A program made the translations under genes and the position numbers. Below the pieces are notes generated by a model, which did not search any database, had not been told where the DNA came from, and worked only from the letters and a program-made list of their open reading frames with translations. A stretch of DNA of 62,535 nt, counting the filler, from Squatina squatina (Eukaryota): assembly GCA_031763465.1 (NCBI GenBank). It is 3 parts of 3 records of this genome, joined end to end, with 100 filler letters (N's around TTAATTAATTAA, not from the genome) between each part and the next. Parts side by side here need not be neighbours in the genome. Positions count along the whole stretch, not along the records: positions 1 to 20,560 come from JARFOE010000100.1; 2 more parts are not named here. One strand, 5' to 3'. The first letter of the stretch is position 1, and each line of letters starts with the position of its first letter. Shown piece after piece: positions 1 through 12,078 of the stretch.

Positions 1-356
1 CGTGACCTACCCATTATATCCAAGTCTGTGAGCAAATATTAAAATATTTCCTTTAATGTAATAGCCTCCCACTATAGCACTTTTACATATTATTTGCTGT
101 TTACAGTTGCCCCTCGATACACTCTCAAAAAAAAACTCCACATCATGAAATTGACCACAGAACATGCTTTTTGACAGACACTTTATTGAGCAGGCTGACT
201 TTAATGTACAACCTATTCTATCAATTATTAAAGAAAGAATCCACTTTGATCCTAAAAGAGAGACACTGAGCTTCCAGCTCGGCCATTAATTGCAAAGACG
301 TCCTTGTGGGCATGCCATCAATCCATTATTTAATCCACAATTTGTTTTCTCTTCAG

Positions 357-608
357 GGTACCAACATGGCCAAGCAGATTGGAGCAGCAACGTATATCGA
401 GTGCTCGTCGTTGTCATCAGAGAACAGCGTGAGAGACATTTTTCATGTGGCTACGCTGGCTTGTGTAAACAAGCCGAACAAAAATGTCAAACGCAACCAA
501 TCAAAGCGAGCCACAAAAAGGATTTCACATGTGCCCAGCAGACCAGAACTATCCACAGTGTCTCCCGATTTGCGGAAGGACAAGGCACGAAGCTGCACTG
601 TGATGTGA
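357..608 (+). CDS. RND3: Rho family GTPase 3 (RhoE), last coding exon
   Basis: Acceptor ttttctcttcag|GGT. Translation [83 protein letters not shown] matches the Rnd3 C-terminus and ends in CAAX box CTVM. Confidence 0.93.
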   Translation, partial: GTNMAKQIGAATYIECSSLSSENSVRDIFHVATLACVNKPNKNVKRNQSKRATKRISHVPSRPELSTVSPDLRKDKARSCTVM

Positions 609-1321
609 GGACGGTGGGATTGGGGGACAGATGGAGACAGTCAGACGAAGTAACAGTGACGTGGAACGGAAGGCTTTTTTGACAAAAAAAAAGGAAAGGA
701 CTACGTTCAGTGCACAGCATCATTTACATACCGACGTGTCTCAAATAGCCTTTGAAAAGATATCCTTCACCTTTTATGTGTGGGACCTTGGGGTTCAGCA
801 AGTGGAATGACTTGGCCTGAAAAAGCTGGGTGTAGACGCTGTCATTGGAATATGTGAGAAAGATAATCTTGTGAATTCCTAGGGATGCCAGATCAAAGAC
901 TTGCGAGGGCCTCGTACCAGTAATAGAAGGCACATGAGCTTGTTATGAGGGGGAGGGCGAGAAATGGAAAAAAAAAACTTAAACCAGCAAGCAAAATAAC
1001 AATTATACTTCATTCTTGGAAGTTTTCGGGGATGCTGTATTTATAAGGACTTGTGGTGGGGGCGATATTGTCCAAATAATATTGAACANNNNNNNNNNNN
1101 NNNNNNNNNNNNNNNNNNNNNNNNNNNNNNNNNNNNNNNNNNNNNNNNNNNNNNNNNNNNNNNNNNNNNNNNNNNNNNNNNNNNNNNNCAGTGACGAGGA
1201 TGTACCAGTGCAAGAAAGGCATGTGATTGAAGAAATGCAACTGATCTGTGAGCATAATTTGAGTAAAAATGGGCAGGCGAAAGAAGAAGTCATTCAAATG
1301 TCTCCTCCATTTAAAGCTGTA

Positions 1322-1735
1322 GGGGACCCAATTGGTCTGTGCTGCGTTTTAAATGCAAGGGGGACCAAAAGGCATGTTTTTTGCATCCATTTTGCGCTGG
1401 TGCGTTATTTCGCGGTATTGGGCTCTTTAAAATAAATTTCGGGCGACTTAGGAAATCGTCTAGAAATCAGCGCGAATGGGTGGCTGATTGGTGCTAATTG
1501 AGCTTTACTGGATTCAGCGGGCCAATTCACCAATCGATCGAAGTAGCTGCAATCATGTGTCAGGCCACCTCAGCCCTTAAAGGGGCTCATTATTGAGGGA
1601 CAAGCACTGCTTAGGTCAGTAATTTGAGACAGGTCTTCTGGTTGCAGAGCTATTGTTGGTGCAAATGCTTCATTTGGGACTGCAAAATAATGGCAGCTGG
1701 GTCCAGGAAATCGAGAGCCCCCAAGTTTTGGTCTT
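1322..1735 (+). mobile_element. PIF/Harbinger-type element end with start of Myb/SANT partner ORF (relic)
   Basis: Begins GGGGACCCAATT, has a CpG-rich subterminal region and a cccttaaagggg motif, then ATG at 1690 gives MAAGSRKSRAPKF, like the RAPRF start of the other Myb/SANT relics here. Confidence 0.5.
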
Positions 1736-3676
1736 CAATGTACAACACAGCAATGCCTTAGGCATGGAGATAGTGACAAGCACAATACGAATATCATCAA
1801 ACTGATTTAATCTTTCTTTAGCTTTGAGGTTGTTTTATGCCAGATGAGAGGAAACTGGTGTTAGCAGATTGTGTAATGAGGCGACGACTCTTGCATAGCT
1901 TTGTATTATGAAAATTCTAGTGAAGAATCAGTGGATGAAAGTGGATAATTGGAGCTTGGATAATGAAGGATTTACTGTATACCCTATTACTGCTTATTTA
2001 GGCCTTGAATTCTGAAATTGTGCGCCTTCAACTTCTAATTTACACTGATTATATTAATTTGTTCATATATGCTCTTTCCTAGTGCCTGCCTGTAATATAC
2101 AGGCAAAATTAAGTATAGTATTTCTGAAACCACTGATGTGCACATCACTAGAGTTGGTTTCTTTAACTGTGATATGTCTTCTGACATCTTTATTATTCTG
2201 ATTGTCACATTGCCTACACACAGGCCTGTATGTTAGGGGGAATGAGATCTTCATGTTCTCTTGAGCACACACACACTACAAGTATTTTAAAATAAATATC
2301 CTCTGCTGAACGATTCTCCACAGATGTGCTTTTCTCTGATTACTCAGTAACAAGTATCACAAAGTTAGACTCGAGAATACAAAATGTGTGTTTCAATAAT
2401 AGGCTATTTAAAAAAATGATAACCTCCAGCTCAACCACAGAATCCATAGTAGAAATCAATCACCGTATTCAGTTCTATAGAAATATTGATTGTCCAGGGT
2501 GTTCTGTGATAATGACTTGATAGCTAGGCTGCCAGGCTGGGGCACACGCTTCGTGGAGTTAAGTGATCACTTAGATCTCCCCCTCTCTCAAAAAGTGAAT
2601 TCGACTCCTAAATTTTTATTGAAGCTGCTATTGACACAAGCACTATTAAAAATTTAGCTTGTAAAAATCGTAGGGTCACGCAGCTTTAAAACATATTAGC
2701 AAATAAAACAAGCCAGATATTGAGCTGGATGGCTGACTGTGAGGAGAACAAAACCCAGTGAATGTGCTTTGAGAACAATGGGGAAATGCCAAAAAGGAGC
2801 AGATGCTATGTCGAATTCTGTGTTAGTTCTGGCACAGGGCGACATTGGCTTATTCTGGTCCCAGCCTAGCCGCCCCAAAGCACCGAACCGAGCTCTGAGC
2901 AGTTCCATTCTCCCGGCCGCCCATTTCAACCTCGGGAAATGAATTAAAATATCTACTGAAGTGTGCACTGATCAGGTAGTTGCAACATTGCCTATGATGA
3001 TCGCACATTCTATTATTTAATTTGCTCGCGTGTAACCAACGATTAACAATTTTGCTGCTTGATAGCAGCTTTGCAGCAGCTGCTCTACACTGTTACACAG
3101 TACATTAGAAATCAGCATTATTAGCATGAGAACCTTTGTCATTCAAAGCCCTGGTAGTGCAAAGGCTTTTGCACCCCCTCCCCATCAAAACTAAGGGNNN
3201 NNNNNNNNNNNNNNNNNNNNNNNNNNNNNNNNNNNNNNNNNNNNNNNNNNNNNNNNNNNNNNNNNNNNNNNNNNNNNNNNNNNNNNNNNNNNNNNNNAAA
3301 CTAAGCGAGTCCTATCCTGCTGATTTCCATAGGAGATGCAGTATCTGAAGCATGACAGACCTCAATACACTAAACAAATGGTGGCAGTTATTCACTGCAC
3401 TAACAGGTACCCACTTATAAAGCACTGCTCTTTGGTCTAATTTATTCCCATTCATCTCCGTGTTCCTTATGATAATTTTATATTCTATTATTTAATGTCT
3501 TACTGAAAATGCAGTTCTGTGCTTCACACCGCTGCACATTCTAATAGAGGAAAGACAAGCAGCTGCACAGCTCATTCTGTTTTACTTATAGATAGCGATA
3601 GGTTAATAAAATATTGATGAAGGGCATGTCCCTTTGGGAGTTCCTCCTTGCAACAACGTAAAGCTTTGCTGCTTAC

Positions 3677-3769
3677 AGTGTACGACATAGTTCCACATAA
3701 TCAAACGCCCAGATAAAAATGTCCTTATTCCAACAATTTTCACTTGTTCCAGACCAAATCCTTTCATTA
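3677..3769 (-). other. Candidate unassigned exon (93 nt)
   Basis: ttcttgccatttag| ... |gtaagc, length divisible by 3, two open frames (MKGFGLEQVKIVGIRTFLSGRLIMWNYVVH and NERIWSGTSENCWNKDIFIWAFDYVELCRT). Confidence 0.3.
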
Positions 3770-3950
3770 CTAAATGGCAAGAACCGCTTCCCATCGATCA
3801 GCATCCTTCCTTTGTGGTTGTCAGACAGGCACTAGCTTCCATTTTTAAGTAACGAATAAGAGCAGTTTAGCGTGCGTTACGCTTGTTTCATTTCAGTAAT
3901 GGACAGACAAATTGAAGGGAGGGGTGCGATTGATAATTTGTCTACCCCAA

Positions 3951-4277
3951 TTTCAGTGCAGTACTGAAGGTGTACTGCACTGTCTTTTAGACCAATCTGC
4001 CCTCGTAAATGGACGTAAAAGATCCCACGCTGCTACTTCGAAGAAGAGCAGGGGAGTTCTCTCCGGCGTCCTGGGGCCAATATTTATCCCTCAACCAACA
4101 TCATTAAAAACAGATTATCCGGTCATTATAACAGTGCTGGAAAAGGAGCTTGCTGGGTGCAAATTGGTTGCCACGTTTCCCACATTACAACAGTGCCTAC
4201 ACTTCAAAAAGTACTTCATTGGCTATAAAGCACTTTGGGACATCCGATGGTCATGAAAGGTGCTATATAAATGCAAG
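3951..4277 (+). mobile_element. Deu-domain SINE (SacSINE1-like), 5'-truncated
   Basis: Core gaagaagagcaggggagttctc...ccaatatttatccctcaaccaacatc and L2-type tail aaggtgctatataaatgcaag. Aligns with copies at 15291, 44095 and 56388. Confidence 0.85.
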
Positions 4278-4346
4278 GGCGCCCAATTCATCCACTAACG
4301 CTGGCGCTTAACTAGTGCTAAACCAGCGTTAGCGGCCTAACGTCGT
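4278..4346 (+). mobile_element. End of a non-autonomous Harbinger-like element abutting the SINE tail
   Basis: GGGCGCCCAATTCAT terminus resembles GGGGCGGCCAATTCAT at about 19040. CpG-rich, internal IR ctaacgctgg/ccagcgttag, cut by a gap. Confidence 0.45.
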
Positions 4347-6383
4347 NNNNNNNNNNNNNNNNNNNNNNNNNNNNNNNNNNNNNNNNNNNNNNNNNNNNNN
4401 NNNNNNNNNNNNNNNNNNNNNNNNNNNNNNNNNNNNNNNNNNNNNNTAATAGGTAATGTTCCACTAGTGCATGATTAAGTAATACATATTATTTCATCCC
4501 TATTCTTCAGCTTATTGGAAAATATGCTCTGGTTTCAGGAAAAACGTTTACACTGGGGCAATATTCAATTTCCTGCTTCATGCCCTGGCTTGGTACAAAG
4601 AACAATGAAGTGATTTGCCAAGGCAGAGAAGGCAAACGGAATCAATGTTATTTCTAAAGCAATCCAGTTAATCTCAGCAGGTTTAATATTGCATACATTA
4701 TGTTAAGGATTAATGATTGAAGCTTGGAATTGCCTGTAAGCTTCTGTAACAGAGCTCTGAAGCAGCCAGTGAATGGAGGTTAGCAGCTTCTAAGATATGA
4801 AACCTTGGGCTCCAGTTAATGCGAATGTCAAAGGTGTCATGTTTGAAGAAAAGCAGCATTTTAATTGAAGTTGAATAATGCACTATGGCAGTAGGCTGCA
4901 TGCCATCTGCTATCTGTGTGGAACAGCCTGCTTGGGGCTTCTGGATAAAACCAGTTGCGTTTATCAGCGACGTTCCTGCTTTCAGCCTTGGGTTGCATTC
5001 AGGCCCAATAGCACAGAACCATTTAATTTTAGGTGTTGGCAACACATGCTGAATGATAAAAGGCACCAAGCAGACATCTGTACTCAAAGTACATAAGGAA
5101 TATACTCCATAAATAACTTGTACTTTTAACTTAAGATTGTTATACAGTGTAACACCTCATCAGCCAAGTCAAGTATAAAGAGCTAACCATCATTAACTGA
5201 ACAGAAACTAATTGGACTTTTTGAAACAAATCCAGATCTTTCATAGCTTGTTAAAGCTGCTGTAATTGCATTGAATAACACCTGCTATTATTGTCAGCCT
5301 TCTTAATGTGCCAGTAATGAGATCTAAATGGAGAACCGAGGGCGCCATCAAAGGCAGACTGTGTACTGCCCAGTAAGTGATCAGAACAGCGTGTAATCCT
5401 GCACAACTGGTTTCGCATCATTTATTGGTGTAATTTAAAAGAATGCAGTCATTGAGGTTCACGGGAGGTGGTGGGAGGAGAAACGAGAAAAATGTGAAAA
5501 TGTGAGTGGAAGAAGGTCACAACGTGAAANNNNNNNNNNNNNNNNNNNNNNNNNNNNNNNNNNNNNNNNNNNNNNNNNNNNNNNNNNNNNNNNNNNNNNN
5601 NNNNNNNNNNNNNNNNNNNNNNNNNNNNNGCGTCTTCAGCGATATCAAGAGAGTCTATGGTTTTGAAACAGCCTACAGAGCGAGCAGCTTGAAGGGTTTA
5701 ATGGCCTTCTCTGTCTCGGTGCTTTCCCAAGTCTGCTTAGAACCCCAGGATTTTAAATTTGGTCAGATGGCTGAAGTGGATTGCTGTGTAGTGTGACTGT
5801 TTCCCAGAATGGACATTATTCTTCAACCAAACTGGACATCACCCAAAAGTACTGTATTGCTTTCTTATAGGCGAAATAGTAACGTCTTGTCATTGAGAGA
5901 TAAAAAATGCTAAATCTGAAGAATTTACATATTTAACTTGGTAGGAGTTAAAAAAAAAACTTTTTTTGTTCTTCCGTCTCAGTGCCTTTATATTCCAGCT
6001 AATTGATATGTTTTTTCACACACGTCTTTTTTTTAATTAATGAGAATGGTCTGGGTCTTTTTCAGTTGTGTCCATTGTCAGTAATACACTTTTCATATTC
6101 GACTTTTAGACCTGCTCCACATGTAGGCTACATTCAGTTTCCTGGATCTTCCACACAGCGCAGTGCGATTGCTTTTTCCAAAAGCTAAATGAGTTAAAAC
6201 AGCCGAATCCACTGAAAAATACAGCCTTATGAGAGAGTTAGACAGGCTTGTTGTGTCTTAAGAAGTGGGCATGGAAACTTTTTCCAATAATGTGATGTAT
6301 TTAGTTTTCAGTGCATTGACATATCAATTACGTTCATAGCAGTGCCTTACCAATAGTCCCTGGCAGATCAGAGTAACTTTTCT

Positions 6384-6631
6384 TTATTGGAGTGTTATTG
6401 GTTTATTCCCTTGCGTGTTCAGGTATTGTGCTGGCACATTCTCCAGACTGGCATAGGTGGTGTAGAGACCAGTCACCTGCAGATCAGAGAAAGAATTCTC
6501 ACTACCACTGGACACGGGAGTGAGGCCCACTGTTCCAAGAGGAGAGTCCGAGAGACGGAGCGGGGATGTGCTAAACGCACCGAGTGTGTCCAGGTTGAAA
6601 CTCTCGTCTTTCATTTCTTCCCATAGGTTTC
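6384..6631 (-). CDS. FOXN4: Forkhead box N4, last coding exon
   Basis: Acceptor ctttctctttctttaacag|GA. (G)[81 protein letters not shown] matches the FOXN4 C-terminal activation domain ([25 protein letters not shown]). Confidence 0.93.
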
Positions 6632-6685
6632 CTGTTAAAGAAAGAGAAAGGTTTTAGCTTTGACTCAATACTTCAATTATTATTC

Positions 6686-7025
6686 AAAGCACTGGAGAAG
6701 TATCACCAATGTTGCCTTCGCAAAATCCTGCAAATCTACTGGCAAGATAGACATACCAATGTCAATGTCCTCTCTCAGGCCAACATCCCCAGCATCGAGG
6801 CACTGGTCAATCAGCTGTGAGCTTCTCCGGCGGGAGCACGTGGAGGCCAGGCGCAGGCAGCAGAAGGAGCGCGCGGAAACTCAAGCAACCCAACCACTCG
6901 CCCCATCAAACACCACCTGCCCCACGTGTTTTTGAGTTTGCAGATGCAGTATAGGACTACTTAGTCATCTCCGGATTGGAAGCAAGTCATCCTCGACCCC
7001 GAGGGACTGCTTAAGAAAAAGAAGA
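6686..7025 (+). mobile_element. RTE-clade LINE 3' fragment with internal deletion
   Basis: ALEKYHQCCLRKILQIYWQDRHTNVNVLSQANIPSIEAL, then terminal C2H2-like CPTC..C...IGLLSHLR, a short 3' UTR and a (GAA)-type tail. Confidence 0.85.
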
Positions 7026-8199
7026 CTTTTTTTGTCATATTCATAATTTAAATGCTTCCAAATGCTAAAAGATACCATGAAAATAAATTATAGCAATCAA
7101 GGGAAATATTATAGTTGACTGGAGATGTTTATTTTGGGATTGCATGAAATTCCTATTGTAGGCCCAAAGGGTTAAGAAAGGATGAACAAGTCAGAGATCA
7201 GAACTGGAGAAGGGCCAAGGGTATGTTAGAGAAGAGTCAAGCAGGTGTGAAGAGAGGCTGAAGGAGTCTTTGTGGACTAAAATCCTGGCGAACTGAAAGA
7301 CAGAGCGATGTACAAAACATTTAGATAGCATTCGAATGAGACTCAGAGGAAGTGTAGGATCTAAGTTTTAATTGTGATGTGAAGGTCAGACTTTCTGTGA
7401 TTGTATATTTATTTAAGACAGATGGCACAGAAGATGTCCTTCATTTGGGATGAAGCAAATTAATTTGTCTGATAAAGGGCATGAGTCATCCATTATGAAA
7501 ATTGATATTTGCATCTCTCATTTTCTTGAAATTAATTGCTGTAATTTTCTGACTGTGAAGGTGACAAATATGACGGATTCGATTTCACTTACAATTTCAC
7601 ATATCTGCTTTAAATGGAGAAGTTGCGCAGATAAAAGCAAACCTACTGGAAAGGACTGGCTGCACTCTGTGCTTTACTCATTTGTGCAACAGAATAAAAC
7701 ATGGATATTATAATTATTTTAAACAAGCTTATTGATGCAAAAACTTGACAAACTGTGATAAACCTAAATAATCCCTGGTAAGATATTCAGCTCCTAGTTG
7801 TGTTGAAATTCTTAGCGATGCTGATGAGAGTGAGTGATGCTGCGAAATAGACCTTGTGGCCGCATTAGCATATTTATGTCACATATGGGAAAGGTCAAAT
7901 GCAATTTACAGCTTCCCCCACCCATTACCTGTCCATGCTTTAAAGATTGAATGACTCTATAAATTCAGCAAGATTTACTAGTTAATCTGCTTTTATCAGT
8001 AATGGTTTTTCGTTAACAACAATCGCAGGATGTTGGTTTTCCATTTCAGTTTCCTTACTATTGTATTTGGTGCTCCTTTACTGGTATTATTGGTAAGTAC
8101 ATATCAATTTATACTGTTAATACGTTTAAACTCAGGCTAGGAAAGAAAAGTATCTAAGGCATTAGTGTGACATTTTCATTCTCCACTTTATCTATTTGA

Positions 8200-8400
8200 A
8201 CAGGCCTTATGATTGATTTGTGTCTGCTGGTGTTGAATGTGGTGTAGTATTATGATATCAGGTCATCTCTACTGGGAATGAGAATAGGACTGTCTAAAAT
8301 CATCTTATTTTTGACCTCTAATAGTCCTTGTAGAATGAAGACCTTCTTTACCTCTGTCTGGATTGAATTTGATCCAATGCCCAACAAAGGATAAGCTGAA
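8200..8400 (-). mobile_element. Old tRNA-derived SINE, LF-SINE-like (degenerate)
   Basis: Minus strand ggatcaaattcaatccagac...cagtcctattctcattcccagtagag...atcataatactacacc resembles the LF-SINE head and body as recalled. Similar heads occur near 47430 and 58310. Confidence 0.35.
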
Positions 8401-8984
8401 GTAATGCAAGCATTTTAANNNNNNNNNNNNNNNNNNNNNNNNNNNNNNNNNNNNNNNNNNNNNNNNNNNNNNNNNNNNNNNNNNNNNNNNNNNNNNNNNN
8501 NNNNNNNNNNNNNNNNNNGTGGCTGGGAGGTCAGGATGTGGTCAGGTCCTGAGAGATATCTCCGTCACTTAGGCCTACTCATACCATTCCCCTGCTGATG
8601 GACACTCCCACAATAAAGCCAGAGCTCTGTAAGGGAGCAGGCCTCTGGGCAACAATGCAAGGGTTAAAGCCTTGAGTTGTGGCTGTCTCAATATAATTGT
8701 CCAATATGGTGAATCTAGAAAAAATAGACTTATGTTGATTGGAGCTCAAGGTTCCCATTGCACAAGTCCAAACACTTGTGGCAGAGGGCCTTTGAGTGGC
8801 TACATTCTCCATGGTGGTTTGCAGCTTAGATAGGTCATGCAGTATTGTGCAAATGCATGTTGCGGTCTTGGAAACTTGGGGCTTTTTTCACTTGAAAGAG
8901 CTTGAGAGTTTGAGGGTAAATATTGAAAGATTTTTTGGCACTGGTTGGCAAAATGGTTACAAGTGACAGAAACATCGAACGATC

Positions 8985-9215
8985 ACTTGGAGAACAGAAG
9001 AGGAAGTTAGAAGAATTTATTTTCGCATAAAGGGTTATTAGAAGATGGAATACCTTGCCACAAGATTGAGGCAGGATTATATCTTCCTTTAAAGGGGAAA
9101 TGGATAAGTATTTGAAAAGGAAGAATCTAAAACAATGCTGAGAAATAGCGGGGGAGTCAAATAGACCAGAACAAGCATAATGAACCAAATAGCCACTGGT
9201 TGTCTTGTTGATTCT
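8985..9215 (+). mobile_element. CR1 LINE 3' end, degenerate
   Basis: RRIYFxxRVIRRWNTLP...FKGEMDKYLKRKNL, the CR1 ORF2 C-terminus signature. Confidence 0.7.
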
Positions 9216-10345
9216 ATCATTATCCTTTCTGATGCTATTTGAAACAAAGATTTAATTACACTGTAGAAGGCAGGACTCTGAAATGCTTACAGTGAACCGA
9301 TATTTTCCTTCTCTGATGAGGTCATACATCAAGTTCAAAATATCAGCAGATATGCCAAAAGAAGTCAGCTTCTCAGTGATATCACATTCCGACAATTACC
9401 CAAGAAATGTCACAGACATCTTGCTAAGCATTCAAAGAATCTTTCTGCTTCTTCACCATAAAAAATTGGCAACCAGATACTCAATTGTTGCTATTGAAAT
9501 TTTACAAGATCTTCGCACTGTGATTTCATAAGGTTTGGAATACAATTGGCAGCAGGGATGACTCCTACTTTCAGAATGCTATATCTATTGGTGCTGAGTG
9601 CCAATACAAACCATTGCAAAATGTAATATCCGAACATCTCATGCAGAAATCAGTGCCATCGCTAATTGCATAATATCCTCTAAATGCACATAGCTATGTC
9701 AGTAACCAAGACAATAACAGAGATTGAATTATGATTTCCTGGTAAGCCAATGTATGAACATGAGTGCACAGTGAGGATAGAATATAAATCATTCAGAAGT
9801 ATTTGCAAATGTATTCTATGTAAGGCCATCTGAAAATAATTTCAAATGTCTGACTCATTTGGAGAGATCTTCAACTGTGTTTTTGAAATGTTGGAATAAT
9901 TTGTAAATGTCTTAAAAATGGGAAGACAATTTGGCCTTAACATAGATTTTCTGATTTATGAAACTGACTTGTTATTGGCATGTCNNNNNNNNNNNNNNNN
10001 NNNNNNNNNNNNNNNNNNNNNNNNNNNNNNNNNNNNNNNNNNNNNNNNNNNNNNNNNNNNNNNNNNNNNNNNNNNNNNNNNNNNAAGGTGCTATATAACT
10101 GCAAGTTTTTCTTTCTACAGGTGCTGAATTAAATTCTGAGGTATTTCTGAATTCTCCAGAATGCCAGCAATCTCAATACACATTTCTTCCATGAAGATGA
10201 CAATGGATTATAATAATTTAGTGTTTCTTAATTGAATATTTGACTTGGTCTTTCCAACATGGAAAAGTTTACTCTAAGCTCATTCCTGGAGCAAAAGGCT
10301 GATTTTTCAATAGTCTGTCAAAGAGGTCAACACCATTCCATCACT

Positions 10346-11490
10346 GGGCGGAAATCGGCTTTGTAATGTACAGAAATAGCCAACGGTGATTATGCATCAC
10401 AAGTTTTTCCAGCCCTTATTTTTTCCATTTGTTTGCCCCAGCATAAATCAGATGTGACTAGCAAGACAGGGAGATGAATGTTTGTAACTGAAAAGAATTT
10501 TCCACAGGAGCAGAGTTGGGTGAGCAGCATCACTGTCAATCTCAATATAATTACTGATCCAGTTTGCTCATCACTGCAAAAATACACAGCACTCTGCACC
10601 CACTGTCCAGTTCTGTCTGGAGTGATTTAGTATAGTTTCCTTCCAGTGGGGTGCACCCACTCAACAGTGCTTGGTATCATCAGAAAAGGGTACAAGTCAC
10701 TTCTGATGATATCCACTGGTTCACAGATGAAAAAGAAAATAGATTTGAGCCAAAGTTGATTGATTACTTCTCTCTTAAACTCTGCAAGAGTCAGTACATG
10801 AATACTGGCTTGCTGGAAGACATTTATAACGTTGTTGAAGTGTGCGGGGAGTGCTGCTGAACATTGGGAAGGCATTGGCTCCTATTGAAAGCCTCTGACT
10901 AACGACTTGATTCCAGTCATGGGGGCTCTACTTTCACTGCTGCATGACAGTGAGATGGAGCAGAGGCAGCAAAGAAGAGTACAAGCTGCTTGCTGCGGGA
11001 GGAGGAGGAGGGCTCTCAGCAGGAGGCATTACCCACCTACGGTCTTAAGGGAGCACTTCTACCTGCGGCTAAGCCAGGAGCAGTGTGTTCGGCAGCTCCA
11101 CTTCACCAAGGATGTCTGCTCCCGCTGCAGTGCTGCGTACAAGAACTGAGGTGCCGTTTCTCTGCCCTGTTATGACAATGCTAACTTCCCCTTTGCTTAG
11201 CTAGTTAGAATGAGGTGCCTCTTTCACAAAGCACCTCCCCTTTTAGAAGTACAGATAATATTTCACTCTGCAGGAAACCTTTAACTACAGATCAGACTTC
11301 CCATGATATTGGGCCTTCTGCTGAGCGCTGAACCAGCCAGCAGCGCCTTCAACGCTGGGCTCAGCATTTCAATCATGTTACTTTGCAGGCAGCACGAATT
11401 TCATCTGCCTGCATCACTTTCATCGGGCATGGGCAGATCGCAGATGGCTATCCCCGTGCCCATTTTTGGGCATTATTGAATTTAGCCTCC
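10346..11490 (+). mobile_element. Internally deleted PIF/Harbinger element retaining the 5' ends of both convergent ORFs
   Basis: Termini GGGCGGAAATC and AATTTAGCCTCC. Plus strand 10919-11118 MGALLSLLHD...RRRALSRRHYPPTVLREHFYLRLSQEQCVRQLHFTKDV (HARBI1-like transposase N-terminus) is joined to minus strand 11178-11119 GRETAPQFLYAALQ (Myb/SANT start). Confidence 0.75.
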
Positions 11491-11493
11491 AGG

Positions 11494-12078
11494 AAATCTT
11501 GCTGCAATTATGTAGGGCTTTAGTGAGATTTCGCCTGGAGTACTGTGCACAGTTTTGGTCTCCTTACCCAAGGAAGGATATACTTGCCTTGGAAGGGGTG
11601 CAATGAAGGTTCACTAGATTTATTCCTGAGAGGGCTCTCTGATGAGGAGAGATTGAGTAGAATGGGCCTATATTCTCTGGAGTTTAGNNNNNNNNNNTGA
11701 TCTCATTGAAATATATAGAATTCTGAGCGAGTTTGACAGGGTAGAGAGGATGTTTCCCCTGGCTGGAGAGTCCAGAACTAGGGGTCATAGTCTCAGGATA
11801 AGTGGATGGCCATTTAGGACTGAGATGAGGAGATATTTCTTCACTCCGAGGGCTGTGAGTCTTTGGAATTCTCTACCACAGAGGGCTGTGGAGGCTCAAT
11901 CGATGAGTATATTTAAGACTGAGATCGATGGATTTTTTGGGCATGAAAGGAATCTAGGGGCATGAGATCAGGCAGGAAAGTGAATTTGACTTTGAAGTTC
12001 CTCCATGATCTTATTGAATGGCGGAGCAGGCTTGAGGGGCCATATGGCCCACTCCTGTTCCTGTTTCTTATATTCTTA
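11494..12078 (+). mobile_element. CR1 LINE, 5'-truncated 3' end
   Basis: LEYCAQFWSPY...ESRTRGHSLRI...EMRRYFFTPRAVSLWNSLP, then the CR1 3' UTR and tail (ggcttgaggggccatatggcccactcctgttcct...ttcttatattctta). Confidence 0.92.

Noticed and set aside
8029-8092. Signal-peptide-like mini exon MLVFHFSFLTIVFGAPLLVLL|gtaagt
   Set aside because: It is antisense within the presumed FOXN4 intron, T-rich sequence gives hydrophobic peptides by chance, and there is no recognisable homology.
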